A stretch of DNA of 64,000 nt from a virus. How positions within the stretch are numbered: position 1 is the stretch's first letter; each line of letters begins with the position of its first letter. Where the stretch lies: positions 1-64,000 of IMG/VR virus record IMGVR_UViG_3300032046_000016; one strand, given 5' to 3'. The notes below the pieces were generated by a model that saw only the letters and a program-made list of their open reading frames with translations, made no database searches and was not told the DNA's origin. Positions 1 to 10,500 of the stretch are shown here, piece by piece. A program made the translations under genes and the position numbers.

Positions 1-15
1 CGGGCGGCGAACTCG

Positions 16-45
16 TTGACAGGGGGCCAACCGCAAGGCTACAAT
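16..45 (+). promoter_or_regulatory. sigma70-type promoter for the tRNA gene
   Basis: TTGACA (16-21), 18-nt spacer, TACAAT (40-45), about 30 nt upstream of the tRNA. Confidence 0.7.
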
Positions 46-77
46 CAACCTGGCCCGATGGGCTCCAGACTGTGGGC

Positions 78-154
78 GGCCCCGTGGTGTAGCGGTCTAA
101 CATGCCACCCTGTCACGGTGGAGATCGGGGGTTCGAATCCCCTCGGGGTCGCCA
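78..154 (+). tRNA. tRNA-Asp (GTC); probable prophage integration site
   Basis: Acceptor stem GGCCCCG/CGGGGTC, anticodon stem CCACC/GGTGG with loop CTGTCAC, T-loop GTTCGAATC, encoded 3' CCA. Confidence 0.97.
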
Positions 155-246
155 ACTATGACAACCCGCGACGAGATTTGGGGGGACGGTCGGAGCGTCG
201 CACGCTCCTCGGCGGGAGTATTATCGTACACCCCTGCCGTGCACTG

Positions 247-459
247 TCAAGCGGTTGGGGACCTCTGGCACGACCCGTTTTCGTCGACCTTCTCTATGGC
301 AGATCGCAGCTCGCGGGCGAGTATGCCCTGCGGTTCTACGGACTCCACCCATCGAAGGACGCACCTGGCTTCTGGCAGAGGCAGCTTGAGTTCTCCGACC
401 GTAACGACTGGCGACGAGAGAAGAGCCCGGTCCTGGGGCGTGAGATCGGGCGGTTGCAT
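247..459 (-). CDS. small hypothetical protein
   Basis: ORF MQPPDLTPQ... downstream of a TTGACA-16-TATGAT promoter (553-580, minus). Confidence 0.4.
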   Translation of the reverse strand: MQPPDLTPQDRALLSSPVVTVGELKLPLPEARCVLRWVESVEPQGILARELRSAIEKVDENGSCQRSPTA

Positions 460-593
460 GGCTACCACCCAGCCAGTATGCCTTCTTCGAGATGAACGGT
501 AATGGTAGAGCTCATCTCTCTCCCTCTTTGAAGAAGGGCACATCCGGCCGCGATCATACATCGCTTCAGAGAATTGTCAAGCCCGTTCCTGCG

Positions 594-1559
594 CTAAGCC
601 GGTCGTCTGGATCGTTCGATAGGCAAGGGCAGGCGGTCCACGGGGTTATGCTTCCGCTGGGCCTCCAGAGCCCGACTGCGCGCCGCGTACTCCAGGTACG
701 GTAGCGTCGTCTCCAGCTTCGAATGCCCAAACAAGATCTGCAGGTCCAGGACGTTCCCGCCATCCTCAATGAAGACCCGGGCAAACGTGTGACGCCAGCG
801 GTGAACGTTGGCTGACCGGATGTCGGCGCGCTGAGCGATGGCCCGGTTCGCATCCCACAGGCTGTGGCGGTGCAAGGCACGCCCGTCTTCACCAGGAAAG
901 ACCCAGCCTGTTTCGATCCCGGCCGAGTCAAGGTAGCGACGCAGGGCCGAGATCGCGCGCCAGCTCGGGGCCGACACGTGCTTCTTCCGCCCTTTGCCCC
1001 TGCAGGTGAGCTGGCCGACCTTCCAATCAATATCGCTCACCTTAAGTCGGCGCACCTCGCTGGCTCGCCAGCCGGTAGAGAGCAGCACGTAGAACAGCGC
1101 CTCGTCTCGCAGCGTCCTGATGGCGCCGAAGAAGCGCCCTACCTCGTCGTCGGTGTACGGTCGCACGGGGTCGACCTGTGACCGCGCGATCTTGAGCCCT
1201 TCGAGCGGATTGCTCGGTCGGATACCCCGGCTCACCAGGAACGCGAAGAGCACCTTGAGGTTCACCAGGCGGTTGCGAACCGTGGCGGTGGCCCTTCCTT
1301 GCTTGGTGAACCATTCGGCGAAGCGGGCGAGATCGTTAGTGGAGGCTACAAGCGGCTCGACGCTGGCGCCCTCGCAAAACCGCTCGAAGACGTTGGCGGC
1401 AGCGAGCGCGTTCTCTACGGTATCGGGGCTCCTCCCGACCAGGATCAGGTAGAGTCGGTAGTCATCCTTGACGCTCTGCCAGGTGTGGCCGATTGTCTCG
1501 GAACCTCCGGCGGGGTGCCAAGGCCAATGCCAAGGCCGTGTCTCCGACATGATGTGCAC
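594..1559 (-). CDS. tyrosine recombinase / phage integrase
   Basis: Catalytic motifs STGWRASE (R), GKGRK (K), HRWRH (HxxR), LFGHSKLETTLPY (H, Y); N-terminal SAM-like domain. Confidence 0.93.
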   Translation of the reverse strand: MHIMSETRPWHWPWHPAGGSETIGHTWQSVKDDYRLYLILVGRSPDTVENALAAANVFERFCEGASVEPLVASTNDLARFAEWFTKQGRATATVRNRLVNLKVLFAFLVSRGIRPSNPLEGLKIARSQVDPVRPYTDDEVGRFFGAIRTLRDEALFYVLLSTGWRASEVRRLKVSDIDWKVGQLTCRGKGRKKHVSAPSWRAISALRRYLDSAGIETGWVFPGEDGRALHRHSLWDANRAIAQRADIRSANVHRWRHTFARVFIEDGGNVLDLQILFGHSKLETTLPYLEYAARSRALEAQRKHNPVDRLPLPIERSRRPA

Positions 1560-1626
1560 ACGTGGTTTGCTGTACCATCATAGTATCGGAGTAACGGCGG
1601 GGAAACTGAAGCCACGCGGGAACAGG

Positions 1627-2763
1627 CTAGATCAGTGGTTCTTGCCTGATAGCGCGGGCAACGATCGCGGCGTAAGCGGCGCCAGCAGCGTCGGGTTTGG
1701 CAACGTCGGCCACGGTCTTCAGCCCTGCAGCTCGTAGGGCGTCGCGGCGACTGACGAGACCAAAGTCCTCGTGACAGGCACGGAAGAAGGCGTCGGCGGT
1801 GCGAATCGTGGCGGGGTCTCGCGGCTCGAAGGGAGGCGCCTCCTCAGCAGGACGCACCTGGGAATCGGCTGGATCGGCGACCGGAATTGGCTTCTCCCCC
1901 GCGTCACCATCGCGCGCCTGCGGGCCAAGCTCGGCGGGCAGGTCGCCCGACTGCGGCTCGGCCACCTCGGCTTCAGCCTCAGCCGCGACCTCCTCGGCCT
2001 CGCCAGGCTCCGGCTCCTTGGGCGGCGGCAGGAGAAGCTGGGCGGTCGTGCCTTGCTGGCGCGCTTCCAGGAGCTGGACGATAGTCGCATCGGGCGTGAC
2101 CTGCGGCCGGCTGACCTTGAACTTCTTCCCCAACGACTGCACCTGGACCTCTTCGCGGATCAGGTCCAGGAAGAACGGCACCCAGGCGATGCTGCCCAGG
2201 GCGTGAACGACGGCGTCCAGGACGCTCAGGATGCGCTCCATGGCCACCGGCGAGCCGAGGTTACACTGCCAGACGCCCAGCCCGGGCAGTTGCGGGATCA
2301 TGAATTGGAGGAACATGATCGCCTTGCACTGCCCGGCGGCGAACTCCGGGCACTCAGGTCCGCCAGGACAGGTGATCGGCCTCTGCGTGACCTCCTTGGT
2401 CGAGGCGTCGGCCATGGCGCCCGTGGCCGTATCGACCAGGCGCAGCGCCTGGAGCCCGTCGCCTCGGCAGACGGCCCCCCTGGTCTGCGTGTACGCCCGG
2501 AAGCCGCACACCGCCGCCTCGTCGGGGAACTCGGTGGGGAAGACGATCCGCAGGCGCTTGGGCTTGACGCCAACGATCTCCTTGATGTCGGCGAGCAGGA
2601 GCTCTCGCTCCTGCTCGTCGCGTGTCTCTGGGTCAAAGATGAAGTACTCGGTCGCCCGCGGCACGCCGTTTACCCGGACGCCCAGGCGAACGTGCCCTAG
2701 TCGCGGTAGCCGCTGCGCCCTCTGGAAGCGATGAATGCGCCGCCCGACCCCATCAGGAACCAT
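1627..2763 (-). CDS. Gp3-like / recombination directionality factor-like protein
   Basis: RLPRLGHVRLG...PRATEYF, VCRGDG and C..C..CK motifs resembling the Gp3-like family; acidic low-complexity tail. Confidence 0.6.
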   Translation of the reverse strand: MVPDGVGRRIHRFQRAQRLPRLGHVRLGVRVNGVPRATEYFIFDPETRDEQERELLLADIKEIVGVKPKRLRIVFPTEFPDEAAVCGFRAYTQTRGAVCRGDGLQALRLVDTATGAMADASTKEVTQRPITCPGGPECPEFAAGQCKAIMFLQFMIPQLPGLGVWQCNLGSPVAMERILSVLDAVVHALGSIAWVPFFLDLIREEVQVQSLGKKFKVSRPQVTPDATIVQLLEARQQGTTAQLLLPPPKEPEPGEAEEVAAEAEAEVAEPQSGDLPAELGPQARDGDAGEKPIPVADPADSQVRPAEEAPPFEPRDPATIRTADAFFRACHEDFGLVSRRDALRAAGLKTVADVAKPDAAGAAYAAIVARAIRQEPLI

Positions 2764-2772
2764 TCAACTTAC

Positions 2773-2994
2773 CTACCCCCGCGCCACCACTTTCGGAGGT
2801 CCGTACTCTACTGAGAGGCCAAGCCGTGTGAGCCAGCGCGAGATCACGCTCGGCCACACCTCCAGTTCCTCGGCGGCGCCTCGAACGCTTCCCTTCTCCA
2901 TGATGAGTCGGGGGAGCAACTTCTCCATGGGCTCACCGCGCTCTATCTCGATGAGCTTCATGCGGTCCGTCTTGCCATCGGCACTTGGTGCCAC
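2773..2994 (-). CDS. small HTH DNA-binding protein
   Basis: SVRGAAEELEVWPSVISRWL helix-turn-helix; RBS AAAGGAGG and GTG start at 2994. Confidence 0.7.
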   Translation of the reverse strand: MAPSADGKTDRMKLIEIERGEPMEKLLPRLIMEKGSVRGAAEELEVWPSVISRWLTRLGLSVEYGPPKVVARG

Positions 2995-3016
2995 GGCGTG
3001 CCTCCTTTCGTGGTTT

Positions 3017-3045
3017 AGTGTACCAGATAGGTTCACCGTTGTCAA
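3017..3045 (-). promoter_or_regulatory. sigma70-type promoter for the HTH-RDF-int operon
   Basis: TTGACA-17-TACACT with TG extension. Confidence 0.75.
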
Positions 3046-3193
3046 GAAGCCACGTGTACCGGGGTCGGGCGACGCGACTCGCTCGCTATATCCTACATGA
3101 CTCGCTGTCTGTGTACACCCAAGGAACACCCTACATCGTGAGCGATGGCACCCTATTAGAGCCATCCCAAAGCCTGGATCGGCAAGCTGGATC

Positions 3194-3250
3194 GTCCAGA
3201 CGTCTGGACAATCGCGCTGGTCGCCGCTAATCCCGTCCAGACTTCTGGAC
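3194..3250. repeat. two 16-bp palindromes GTCCAGACGTCTGGAC (parS-like)
   Basis: Perfect copy at 3194-3209, one-mismatch copy at 3235-3250; further perfect copies at 24410-24425 and 42563-42578. Confidence 0.85.
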
Positions 3251-3281
3251 GGATGTCGGCCACCAGCCGACTCTCTCGTCT

Positions 3282-4535
3282 TTATCGGACGGGGATAGGG
3301 GCCTCTGCAGGCCACCAGCGGAGGCAACCGACCGTCTTCGTCTTGAGCCGGAGAGGATAGCGGGCCCGGCAGGTGCCGGCGTCGTCCAGCTTCACGGTGA
3401 TGGTCCCGTGACCGCCCTCTCGCATGGTCACCTGGCCGGCGTAGCCATCGTTCGATCCGTCAGGCGTCCCGCCGTCGAAGAGCGCTACGCCGGCGGTATC
3501 ACCCCCGCCAGCCGAGCCGAGGAACAGCTCGATCTCCACCCACTTGGCCTCGGGCGGCAGGCCGAAGTCGCTCCGCATCTGCCAGACGGCGTCCTTGATG
3601 CCGTTCTCATACGGACCGGGCTCCAGGATTCGGTCGGTGAACCAGATGGCCACGGCGTTGTGTCGATATCCTGCGCCTCCCATTTCGTCGTCCTCCTGGT
3701 CGAACGTGACGTCGCCAACGGCGCGCCACATCTCCTCGGTCATGTACTCCCAGACCCACCAGAGAGCGCCCTGCCCTCCCAGCTTGCCCCCGCCCGACAG
3801 CTCCTTCCAGGTCCGCGCCCAGGTGCGGATCTCGTCGCCCGTGACCGCATGAGCGGCGTTCATCGGGGCAGGGATGGCGTCGCCGGCGGGCACGATGGGG
3901 ACCTCCACCAGCCCATGCTGCAGGAAGTCGTCGTAGCAGACCCGGGCAGCATGGCTAGCGCGGTCCGGCCGGTAGTACTGAGTGCCGGCCGGGTACATCG
4001 AGCCGTGGTAGTCCTGGGGGAACGCGGCCGCGACATGGCGGTGGAAGGCATCGTACACGTCCATGCGGTGATAGGACGGCTGCGCCAGCGGGCACCAGTA
4101 GTGTGGCTTGCCCGGCGCGCCTTGCTCGATGCGTCGGCAGTACGCCTCGGCAATTTCGCCGGCTCGGTCGTCAAGGGATTCGAACTCGCCCTCGACGTCG
4201 CTCATGTAGCCGGTGGCGCCCAACACAGTCAGGGCGCGGATAGCCTGGGTAGCCTCGGCCTCCCAGCCCAGCTTCTGGTCGTCGTAAATCACACCCGCCC
4301 GACCGTAGACGAACTGCCAGAGCCAGACGTCCACGCCGTTGCGCAGGAGCTCCTGGACGATCCATTTCCCTCGCTCCTCACTCCAGAATGGCCCGAAGGG
4401 ATGGCCACCATCCGCCGACTTCAGGACTACGCCCCGCACGCCGTACTCGCAGCACTTCGCAGCGATGCGCTGCGCATTGCCGCCCTCTGTCAGTGCCCAA
4501 TTCCAGATGAAGACGCGCTTACCCTGGTGGCTCAC
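3282..4535 (-). CDS. putative endolysin (GH25-like TIM-barrel glycoside hydrolase plus C-terminal domain)
   Basis: GVVLKSADG, WLWQFVYG and YMSDVEGEFE (DxE) motifs; adjacent to holin. Confidence 0.65.
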   Translation of the reverse strand: MSHQGKRVFIWNWALTEGGNAQRIAAKCCEYGVRGVVLKSADGGHPFGPFWSEERGKWIVQELLRNGVDVWLWQFVYGRAGVIYDDQKLGWEAEATQAIRALTVLGATGYMSDVEGEFESLDDRAGEIAEAYCRRIEQGAPGKPHYWCPLAQPSYHRMDVYDAFHRHVAAAFPQDYHGSMYPAGTQYYRPDRASHAARVCYDDFLQHGLVEVPIVPAGDAIPAPMNAAHAVTGDEIRTWARTWKELSGGGKLGGQGALWWVWEYMTEEMWRAVGDVTFDQEDDEMGGAGYRHNAVAIWFTDRILEPGPYENGIKDAVWQMRSDFGLPPEAKWVEIELFLGSAGGGDTAGVALFDGGTPDGSNDGYAGQVTMREGGHGTITVKLDDAGTCRARYPLRLKTKTVGCLRWWPAEAPIPVR

Positions 4536-4848
4536 TGGTCCCTCCTGTGTCTTGAGCTGGCAGCGCCCTCTCCCGCAGATTCTTCGTCGCGCTGTAGATT
4601 CCAGACGCCGCCATTCCGGTAACGACCCCTCGGAGACCCGCCGCGATCCAGCCGACGTCGGACACGGCAGCGTCGGGCAGAGCGGCGTTGACAGCCAGGC
4701 TCCAGGCCACGCCCATGGCGATGGCGATCAGCGGCCACCAGCGGCTGTCAGGAACGAACGGCTTTATGACCTGCAGCAGGGCGGCGATGATGGGAGCCGC
4801 GGCCAGCCCCGTGACCAGGACATCGTCAAGTCCTGAGGCGGGTGTCAT
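4519..4848 (-). CDS. holin
   Basis: Three hydrophobic segments, VIK..VP.RWWPLIAI and G..TGMAASGIYS holin-type motif. Confidence 0.8.
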   Translation of the reverse strand: MTPASGLDDVLVTGLAAAPIIAALLQVIKPFVPDSRWWPLIAIAMGVAWSLAVNAALPDAAVSDVGWIAAGLRGVVTGMAASGIYSATKNLRERALPAQDTGGTSEPPG

Positions 4849-5321
4849 GTCGGCTCTCCCTCCTTCTTCTCTCCGTCCTTCTCCACCACCCCGATCTTCG
4901 CTTGCTTGCCCAGCTCATCCACTACGCGTTGCAGTTCGTCGGCCCAATGCTCCAACATCAAATCGTTTTGGCGTTGGCCCTCGGTAGCGCCCTCAACGAG
5001 GAGCTGGAGCTGTACCCGGTGGGCCGCCGCCTTCGACCGGTCGAGGAGCTCGTTCAACTGTCTGATCTCGTCGGATGTCAGGTCCTCAACCTCGGGCGCC
5101 TCTGCAAGAGCCTGCCGATGCCGCGTGGTGAGGGCTGTCTGGGAGTGCGCGTCAGTGTACGCCTTGAGGAAAAGCGTGCTGAGGGTCTTCTTTTCGTCCT
5201 CTAGCCGCGCCTTCTTGATGTCGGGATCAATCTTCTCAATCAGATCGCGGTAGCGCTGTTCGCCGCTCGGTGCAGCAGCCATGGCTTTAGCCAGCCTCCT
5301 TCGCTGTGCTCGGTTGCCCAT
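4845..5321 (-). CDS. hypothetical coiled-coil protein
   Basis: ORF translationally coupled between tail fibre and holin. Confidence 0.6.
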   Translation of the reverse strand: MGNRAQRRRLAKAMAAAPSGEQRYRDLIEKIDPDIKKARLEDEKKTLSTLFLKAYTDAHSQTALTTRHRQALAEAPEVEDLTSDEIRQLNELLDRSKAAAHRVQLQLLVEGATEGQRQNDLMLEHWADELQRVVDELGKQAKIGVVEKDGEKKEGEPT

Positions 5322-5337
5322 CGGGGTACAGTGTACT

Positions 5338-7548
5338 CTACGGGGACAAGTTGGCAAGAGTCACCTGGGTCTCAACAGCCCCAATCTTGCCCCGCACGCG
5401 CAGCTCGTCGGCACCCGCCCCGTCCGAGTAGAAGTACAGCAGCGCCTCGCCGTCCACGTAGGCGGGGTCAGCGGCCACGGACGCCAGCCGCGTGTGCTGG
5501 ATGATCTTGAGCGTCGTGCCGACACGCAGCGCGCCTGCGATGTCAGCGATGAACCCAGCCGTGATCGCCGCGTCAGCACCCACGAATAGTCGAGCGGCGT
5601 TCAGATCGCCAGCAGTCACGTTAGTCGGGGCGGTGACGGCACCGACTCGCGCGTAGCGAGCCACTCTCAATGCGTCATCGGTGGCGAGCACGTTGCCGTC
5701 GGCGTGGCGGTAGAGGTTGGTGTCCCTCCCGGAGCCCCAGGCGATGACGTTCCGGCTCGCCGTGTCAGACGACAGCCACAACGCCGCCGTGTTCATCCCC
5801 TCAATGCGTATACCCACATTCAGCGTCGTAGCTACGATGCAGTTCACCAGGTAGATGCCGTAGTAGTTAGCAACCACCCCGGGGCCCGCGCCCAGTGCAG
5901 GACCATCGATGTGGATACCCTGCACCTCGCCTGTGACCTGCGCGACCGATCCACCTACGAAACTGCTCGGATGAACATACAACCCATAGCAGGTTCCCAC
6001 GTTTCCGGCGCCTAGACTAATGAAGTTAGAGAGTTGTCCGGCCCACAGGTTCGCCATCGTGCCGGAGCCGGAGTGCTGCACGAGCGCGTCCAGGCCCACG
6101 AGGTATCCAGTGAAGTTCTGGACATTACCTGGCCGCGACTCGGCGAACACCCGCTGACCGACGTAGGTCGCAGAAGACGCCCCGCTCGGGTTGGCGTCCA
6201 CGAGGCTCTGCAGCTCGTAGAAGGAACCTGCGGTGATGGTCGGAATGTGGAAGATGCTCAGGCCCCTCAGCGGGTTTATCGTCCTGCTCGCGGGGTCATT
6301 CGTGACCAGCAGGTTACCGAAGACAAGGGCACCGCCCTCTACGTCAAGAGCAGCCGTGGCTTCGATGGCAGTATTCGCACCAATAACTGCCCGCAACGCC
6401 GTTAGGTCGCCGGCAGTCGTGTTGACCGGAGCCAACCAACTGTCTCCGATGCGCGCCCATGCACCGACATTCAACTTCCCGTTGGCACCGACGATCCGAG
6501 TCCATCCAACGATTTGAGCTGCGTAGTTAGTAACCCCGATGGTCGGTTCCTCAACGATGAGCCCCCAGGCGTTCGTGATCGTGCCCGTGCCGACCTTTAT
6601 CTGTGCCGCCAGGTAACAACTGTACGTATCAGGAACCGTCTCCCCCGCGTCTACCTGAATGCGACCGCCGCCTGCCAGAGCCGTCGCACTTTGGCCGTTC
6701 GCCGGATACAAGGTGGCGCTGGCCCAATTCATCCCGTGGGCTGGATTCCCGCTTGCGTGACCATCGATGGTGCCCACGTACTCGAAGCCGATGTAGGCAT
6801 GAGGTTGCGTGCAAGCTCCCAGGCGCAACGGCCCACCAAACGACGCTCCGAGACCAAGGGGCCAGATCGCAAACTGGGCGACGGCATCCGCGTAAGCCCG
6901 AAGCGTGTTCCTGTAGGCGTCCAGGTGCCAGGTGGTCGCCCACGCGCCCGCGCTGTGGAAGTCGATCTGCCCGCCTTCGTCTACGGCATCCTGGGCGGCC
7001 ATGATGAGAACTGGGGCGCTGCCATCGACCCCGATCTTGACATCGCCGAGGAAGGTAGGCCCATGGTGCCCCGTCAGGTAGGACCGCCGGTCCGCGACGC
7101 TCGTCACCACGCCGCCGGCCGTGACCACCTCCGCCAGGGGAACGCAGTTGGCGGGGAAGCCGGTCGTGTTCTTGGCGACCACTCCGAGGTTGTTGACGAA
7201 GACATAGTTCGTCGCCGAGTCGGTAAGCGCGATGCTGCCCGCTGCGACCAGCGTGTACGTCTCGTCGACCCGGACCGAGCCCTCCTCGTAGGAGGCGTTC
7301 AGCCCGGCGCCAGCCGTGACCCTCAAGCTCTTGGTGTGCTTCGATCCGTAGAGGACGTGGACCGAAGTCTCGGGGATGATCGGAGGACCGCCGCCGTTTC
7401 CATCCCCACTCTCGGCACCGGAGCCGGTGCTGCCGTAGACCAACACCCTCCCGTCGGTGACACGGGTCAGCATCGCCTCCAGGTGATCGACGCGCGCCAT
7501 CGCCAGGGAGACGGAGTTAGCCAGGCCGTACCCTTGGGTGCGCCTCAT
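5338..7548 (-). CDS. tail fibre / receptor-binding protein
   Basis: Gly/Ala/Thr-rich beta-rich sequence, internal duplicated motif (ARIG..APVNTTAGDL / ARVG..APTNVTAGDL), located after the tail-tip gene. Confidence 0.75.
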   Translation of the reverse strand: MRRTQGYGLANSVSLAMARVDHLEAMLTRVTDGRVLVYGSTGSGAESGDGNGGGPPIIPETSVHVLYGSKHTKSLRVTAGAGLNASYEEGSVRVDETYTLVAAGSIALTDSATNYVFVNNLGVVAKNTTGFPANCVPLAEVVTAGGVVTSVADRRSYLTGHHGPTFLGDVKIGVDGSAPVLIMAAQDAVDEGGQIDFHSAGAWATTWHLDAYRNTLRAYADAVAQFAIWPLGLGASFGGPLRLGACTQPHAYIGFEYVGTIDGHASGNPAHGMNWASATLYPANGQSATALAGGGRIQVDAGETVPDTYSCYLAAQIKVGTGTITNAWGLIVEEPTIGVTNYAAQIVGWTRIVGANGKLNVGAWARIGDSWLAPVNTTAGDLTALRAVIGANTAIEATAALDVEGGALVFGNLLVTNDPASRTINPLRGLSIFHIPTITAGSFYELQSLVDANPSGASSATYVGQRVFAESRPGNVQNFTGYLVGLDALVQHSGSGTMANLWAGQLSNFISLGAGNVGTCYGLYVHPSSFVGGSVAQVTGEVQGIHIDGPALGAGPGVVANYYGIYLVNCIVATTLNVGIRIEGMNTAALWLSSDTASRNVIAWGSGRDTNLYRHADGNVLATDDALRVARYARVGAVTAPTNVTAGDLNAARLFVGADAAITAGFIADIAGALRVGTTLKIIQHTRLASVAADPAYVDGEALLYFYSDGAGADELRVRGKIGAVETQVTLANLSP

Positions 7549-10500
7549 GTCAGCTTCACCGCCAGGGCGCCTTGTGGCCACCAGCCGATCACCCCGATCT
7601 TGGTCTTCCAGTCGTACTCCATGACCGTCCAACTGGCCTCCAGGTCCGCCTTAGCCGCCGTCGCTGGCTTCATCCTTGCCACTGGTGCAGGATACGGGCT
7701 ATCCCCGAAGGATGAGTAGAAGATGAACAGCCGCTCGCCGTCTGGATTATATGCCAGGGCGTGCTTAGTCTCCTCGGTGTTGAGCCAGATTGCCTCCCAC
7801 GCCTCTCCGTTGTTGCTAGACCGGATCAGGCAGAGGTCGTCTTGGCCGTCCGACTGGTTATAAGTCAGCAGAAACGCCCACATGCCGCACCGAATGAAGT
7901 TCTGCGCATGGAGGGTATCAGCCGGGGCCTCATGCTTTTGAGTCCAACTGACGCTGAAATCATCTGACACGCTGATGCGCACCTTCTGGTGATGCGTCAG
8001 GATCAATCGGTTGTTCTGCCCCCAGAGCACCCAGAGGTCGGCCACATCCGCCCCCCAGTTGCTAGGGATGTGCTGCTCAACGAAGTTGCCTCCCCCGTCA
8101 AGCGTCAACACACAATGGTTGTCCACCACCGACACCCCCCTGACCGCCGCGACTTGAAGCGCGTTGTTGGGGTTGACCGAGATCGAGTTGAAGGGCACGA
8201 GGTTGGAGCCGCTTCGGTGGTAGCGCTGCGTCCACGTCCCAAACTCGCCCGTGGGACTGCTCCAAATGTAGAGGTCTGTGGCGTAATCAGTGCCAGCGTC
8301 GCCCCTGGTACACGCCCAGAAGGTTCCGTCCGGCCCTCGCGTGAATGCCGAGCAGTAATCAAGTACCGGCGTAAACGTCAGCCCGAAGTCCACGCTCCGC
8401 ATGAGGGAACCGTGAGCCAGCGAGTTGCCCTCATTTTGGAAGAAGAGCACCTGGCCGTGCCACTGCAAGCGCCAGGCGTCGTCTCCAATGTCCTGCTTGA
8501 TGATCTCCCACGAAGTCCCCGCCAGCTTACACAAGTTCTTGTGACCACTCGCCATTCCCACAATGAGCCATATCTCGTCCGGTTCCTGGCTTGCCTCCGC
8601 ACTCTGGGCGACGAAGCTTATCATTCGCCCGATAGCGCCACCTGGCCAGGTCGAAATGCCGGCCGCCGGCCGCAGGAACCCAGCCGTGTTCCCCTTGTCG
8701 GTCGTCTTCCAGATACCCTCGATGCTCGCCCCGAAGAAGAGGTTCGGGTGCCCCTGCACGTTCATGGCGTGCCACGGCTTGTTCGCGGCCGTGCCCGGTA
8801 AGACCCAGGCCGTCGTATTCTGCGTCGGCAGCGCGCCGCTCGGTACCACGGACCCGAGGTCGTCCCACTGGTTGACGGCGCCGACGGTCGCCATCAATAG
8901 CTCGCTGCCAGCCGTGCGGCCGTAGACCTTGTAGCCTGTGGCGCCCACCACGCTAACCCAGCTCACGCGTACGCCCGCCGGTCCAACGAGAACGATAGTC
9001 GTGTTCGGTGAGGCGAGCGTCTGGCCGAGATCGTTGATGGCGCTCACCCGATACGAGTAGGTCCCCGACGCCAGGCTGCCCGCGATGGGTGCCAGCGTGG
9101 GCGCTGTCGGCGTGGACAGACGGGCACGGCTCGTCGTCCAGTTCACGCCGTCCGTCGAGACCCACATCTCCTTCGTGTCGAAGGCGGCCAGGAAGTCGCC
9201 AGCCGTGCCCATCTGACCGATCGCGCCCCCATTCGGACAGATCAGGCGGCCCTGCCTGAGACCTGCATCCAGCCCCACGGCGTTCTGCCAGACGACTGGC
9301 CAGGCGTACAGGTCGGCGGCATACATGATGGCCGGCTCACGCGTGCCCTTGAAGATAATCGCCAGCTCGGGGAAGACGTTAGCGGCAGCCTCGGCCACCG
9401 AATCCCCGGCGGCGCTCGGCGTAAAACTGCTCATGTCGGGACAGTGCCAATCGTTGGCGTTGTCTATCCAGTTCCATTGGATCAGGGTGCCCGGCAGGTC
9501 GGCCCGGCCGCCGAAGACGAAGACCACCGGCGGGCCCGGGGGCGTGGCGATGCGGTTCAGCGGGTAGGTGCCGCCGAAGTCGTGGTAGAGCTCCCACGTG
9601 CCGCCGGCGCCGCCGATGGAGCGGTACAGGCGCCCATTCTGCGTACAGGCCCAGACCACGTTCTGCTGGTTACTGTCCCACCAGAGGTGATTGATGGGCG
9701 ACCCGGCGGGCTCGGTGTAGACCAGGGTCGGCGAGGTCGCCAGCCGGTCGATGCTGCGGTATATCTTGCCGCTGTCCGTCCCGAACAGGAGCACTCCCAG
9801 ATCGTCGGGCCCGCCGTACTCGGCGGCGGCCGTCGAGATGAGGTTGCCGCTCAACGGTCCCTGGTCGGTCCAGGTCCAGCCGCCATCGGGCGTGAACGTG
9901 GCCCGATTGTAGATAGCCGCGGAGATCGTCGGCACGAACATGTCACCAGACGCGCCAGGGCCGATGTTCACCGTCTGGCTGATGCTTCCCTTCAGCCCGT
10001 CGTTATCGGTCACCTCCAGAGTGATCGTGACGTCGGCCTTCACAGCAGGGTCGTACACGAAGTTGACCGTGTTCAGGTCCGCGCCTTGCTGGAGGTTCGG
10101 CGGCACGTAGTCGTCGGTCCACTTGTAGTCAACGATGGTGCCGTCGAGGTCCTGCGAGGTGCTGAGGCACGTCACCAGGACCTGCAGGGTGGTGCCGATC
10201 AGCTCCTTCTCCATCTTCACGATGAAGTCGGCCAGCGGCATCAGCTTGATCGTCGTGCCCGACTGGTCGCCGCCCATGAGCTGCAGCTCCGTGTCGCACG
10301 TGCCCGCCTCGGCGTCGTAGACGTGCCGGTAGCTCTTGACGAACCAGCGCCCCACCTTCCCCGTGATGTTCGGGTCGGTGATCCCGATGGTCTGGCAGAG
10401 CCGGATGTCGGGGTCGAGCGGCACTCTGAACGGGATCGACTCCAGGATGCGGTGCTGCTTGTCCAAGAGGCGGACGGCCACGGCCGTGGCCTTCGGGACG

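Noticed and set aside
130-154. attR duplicate of the tRNA 3' end
   Set aside because: No second copy seen in the window, so prophage boundaries cannot be fixed.
16-502. Plus-strand ORFs 16-495 and 158-502
   Set aside because: The first overlaps the tRNA and its promoter; neither has recognisable motifs.
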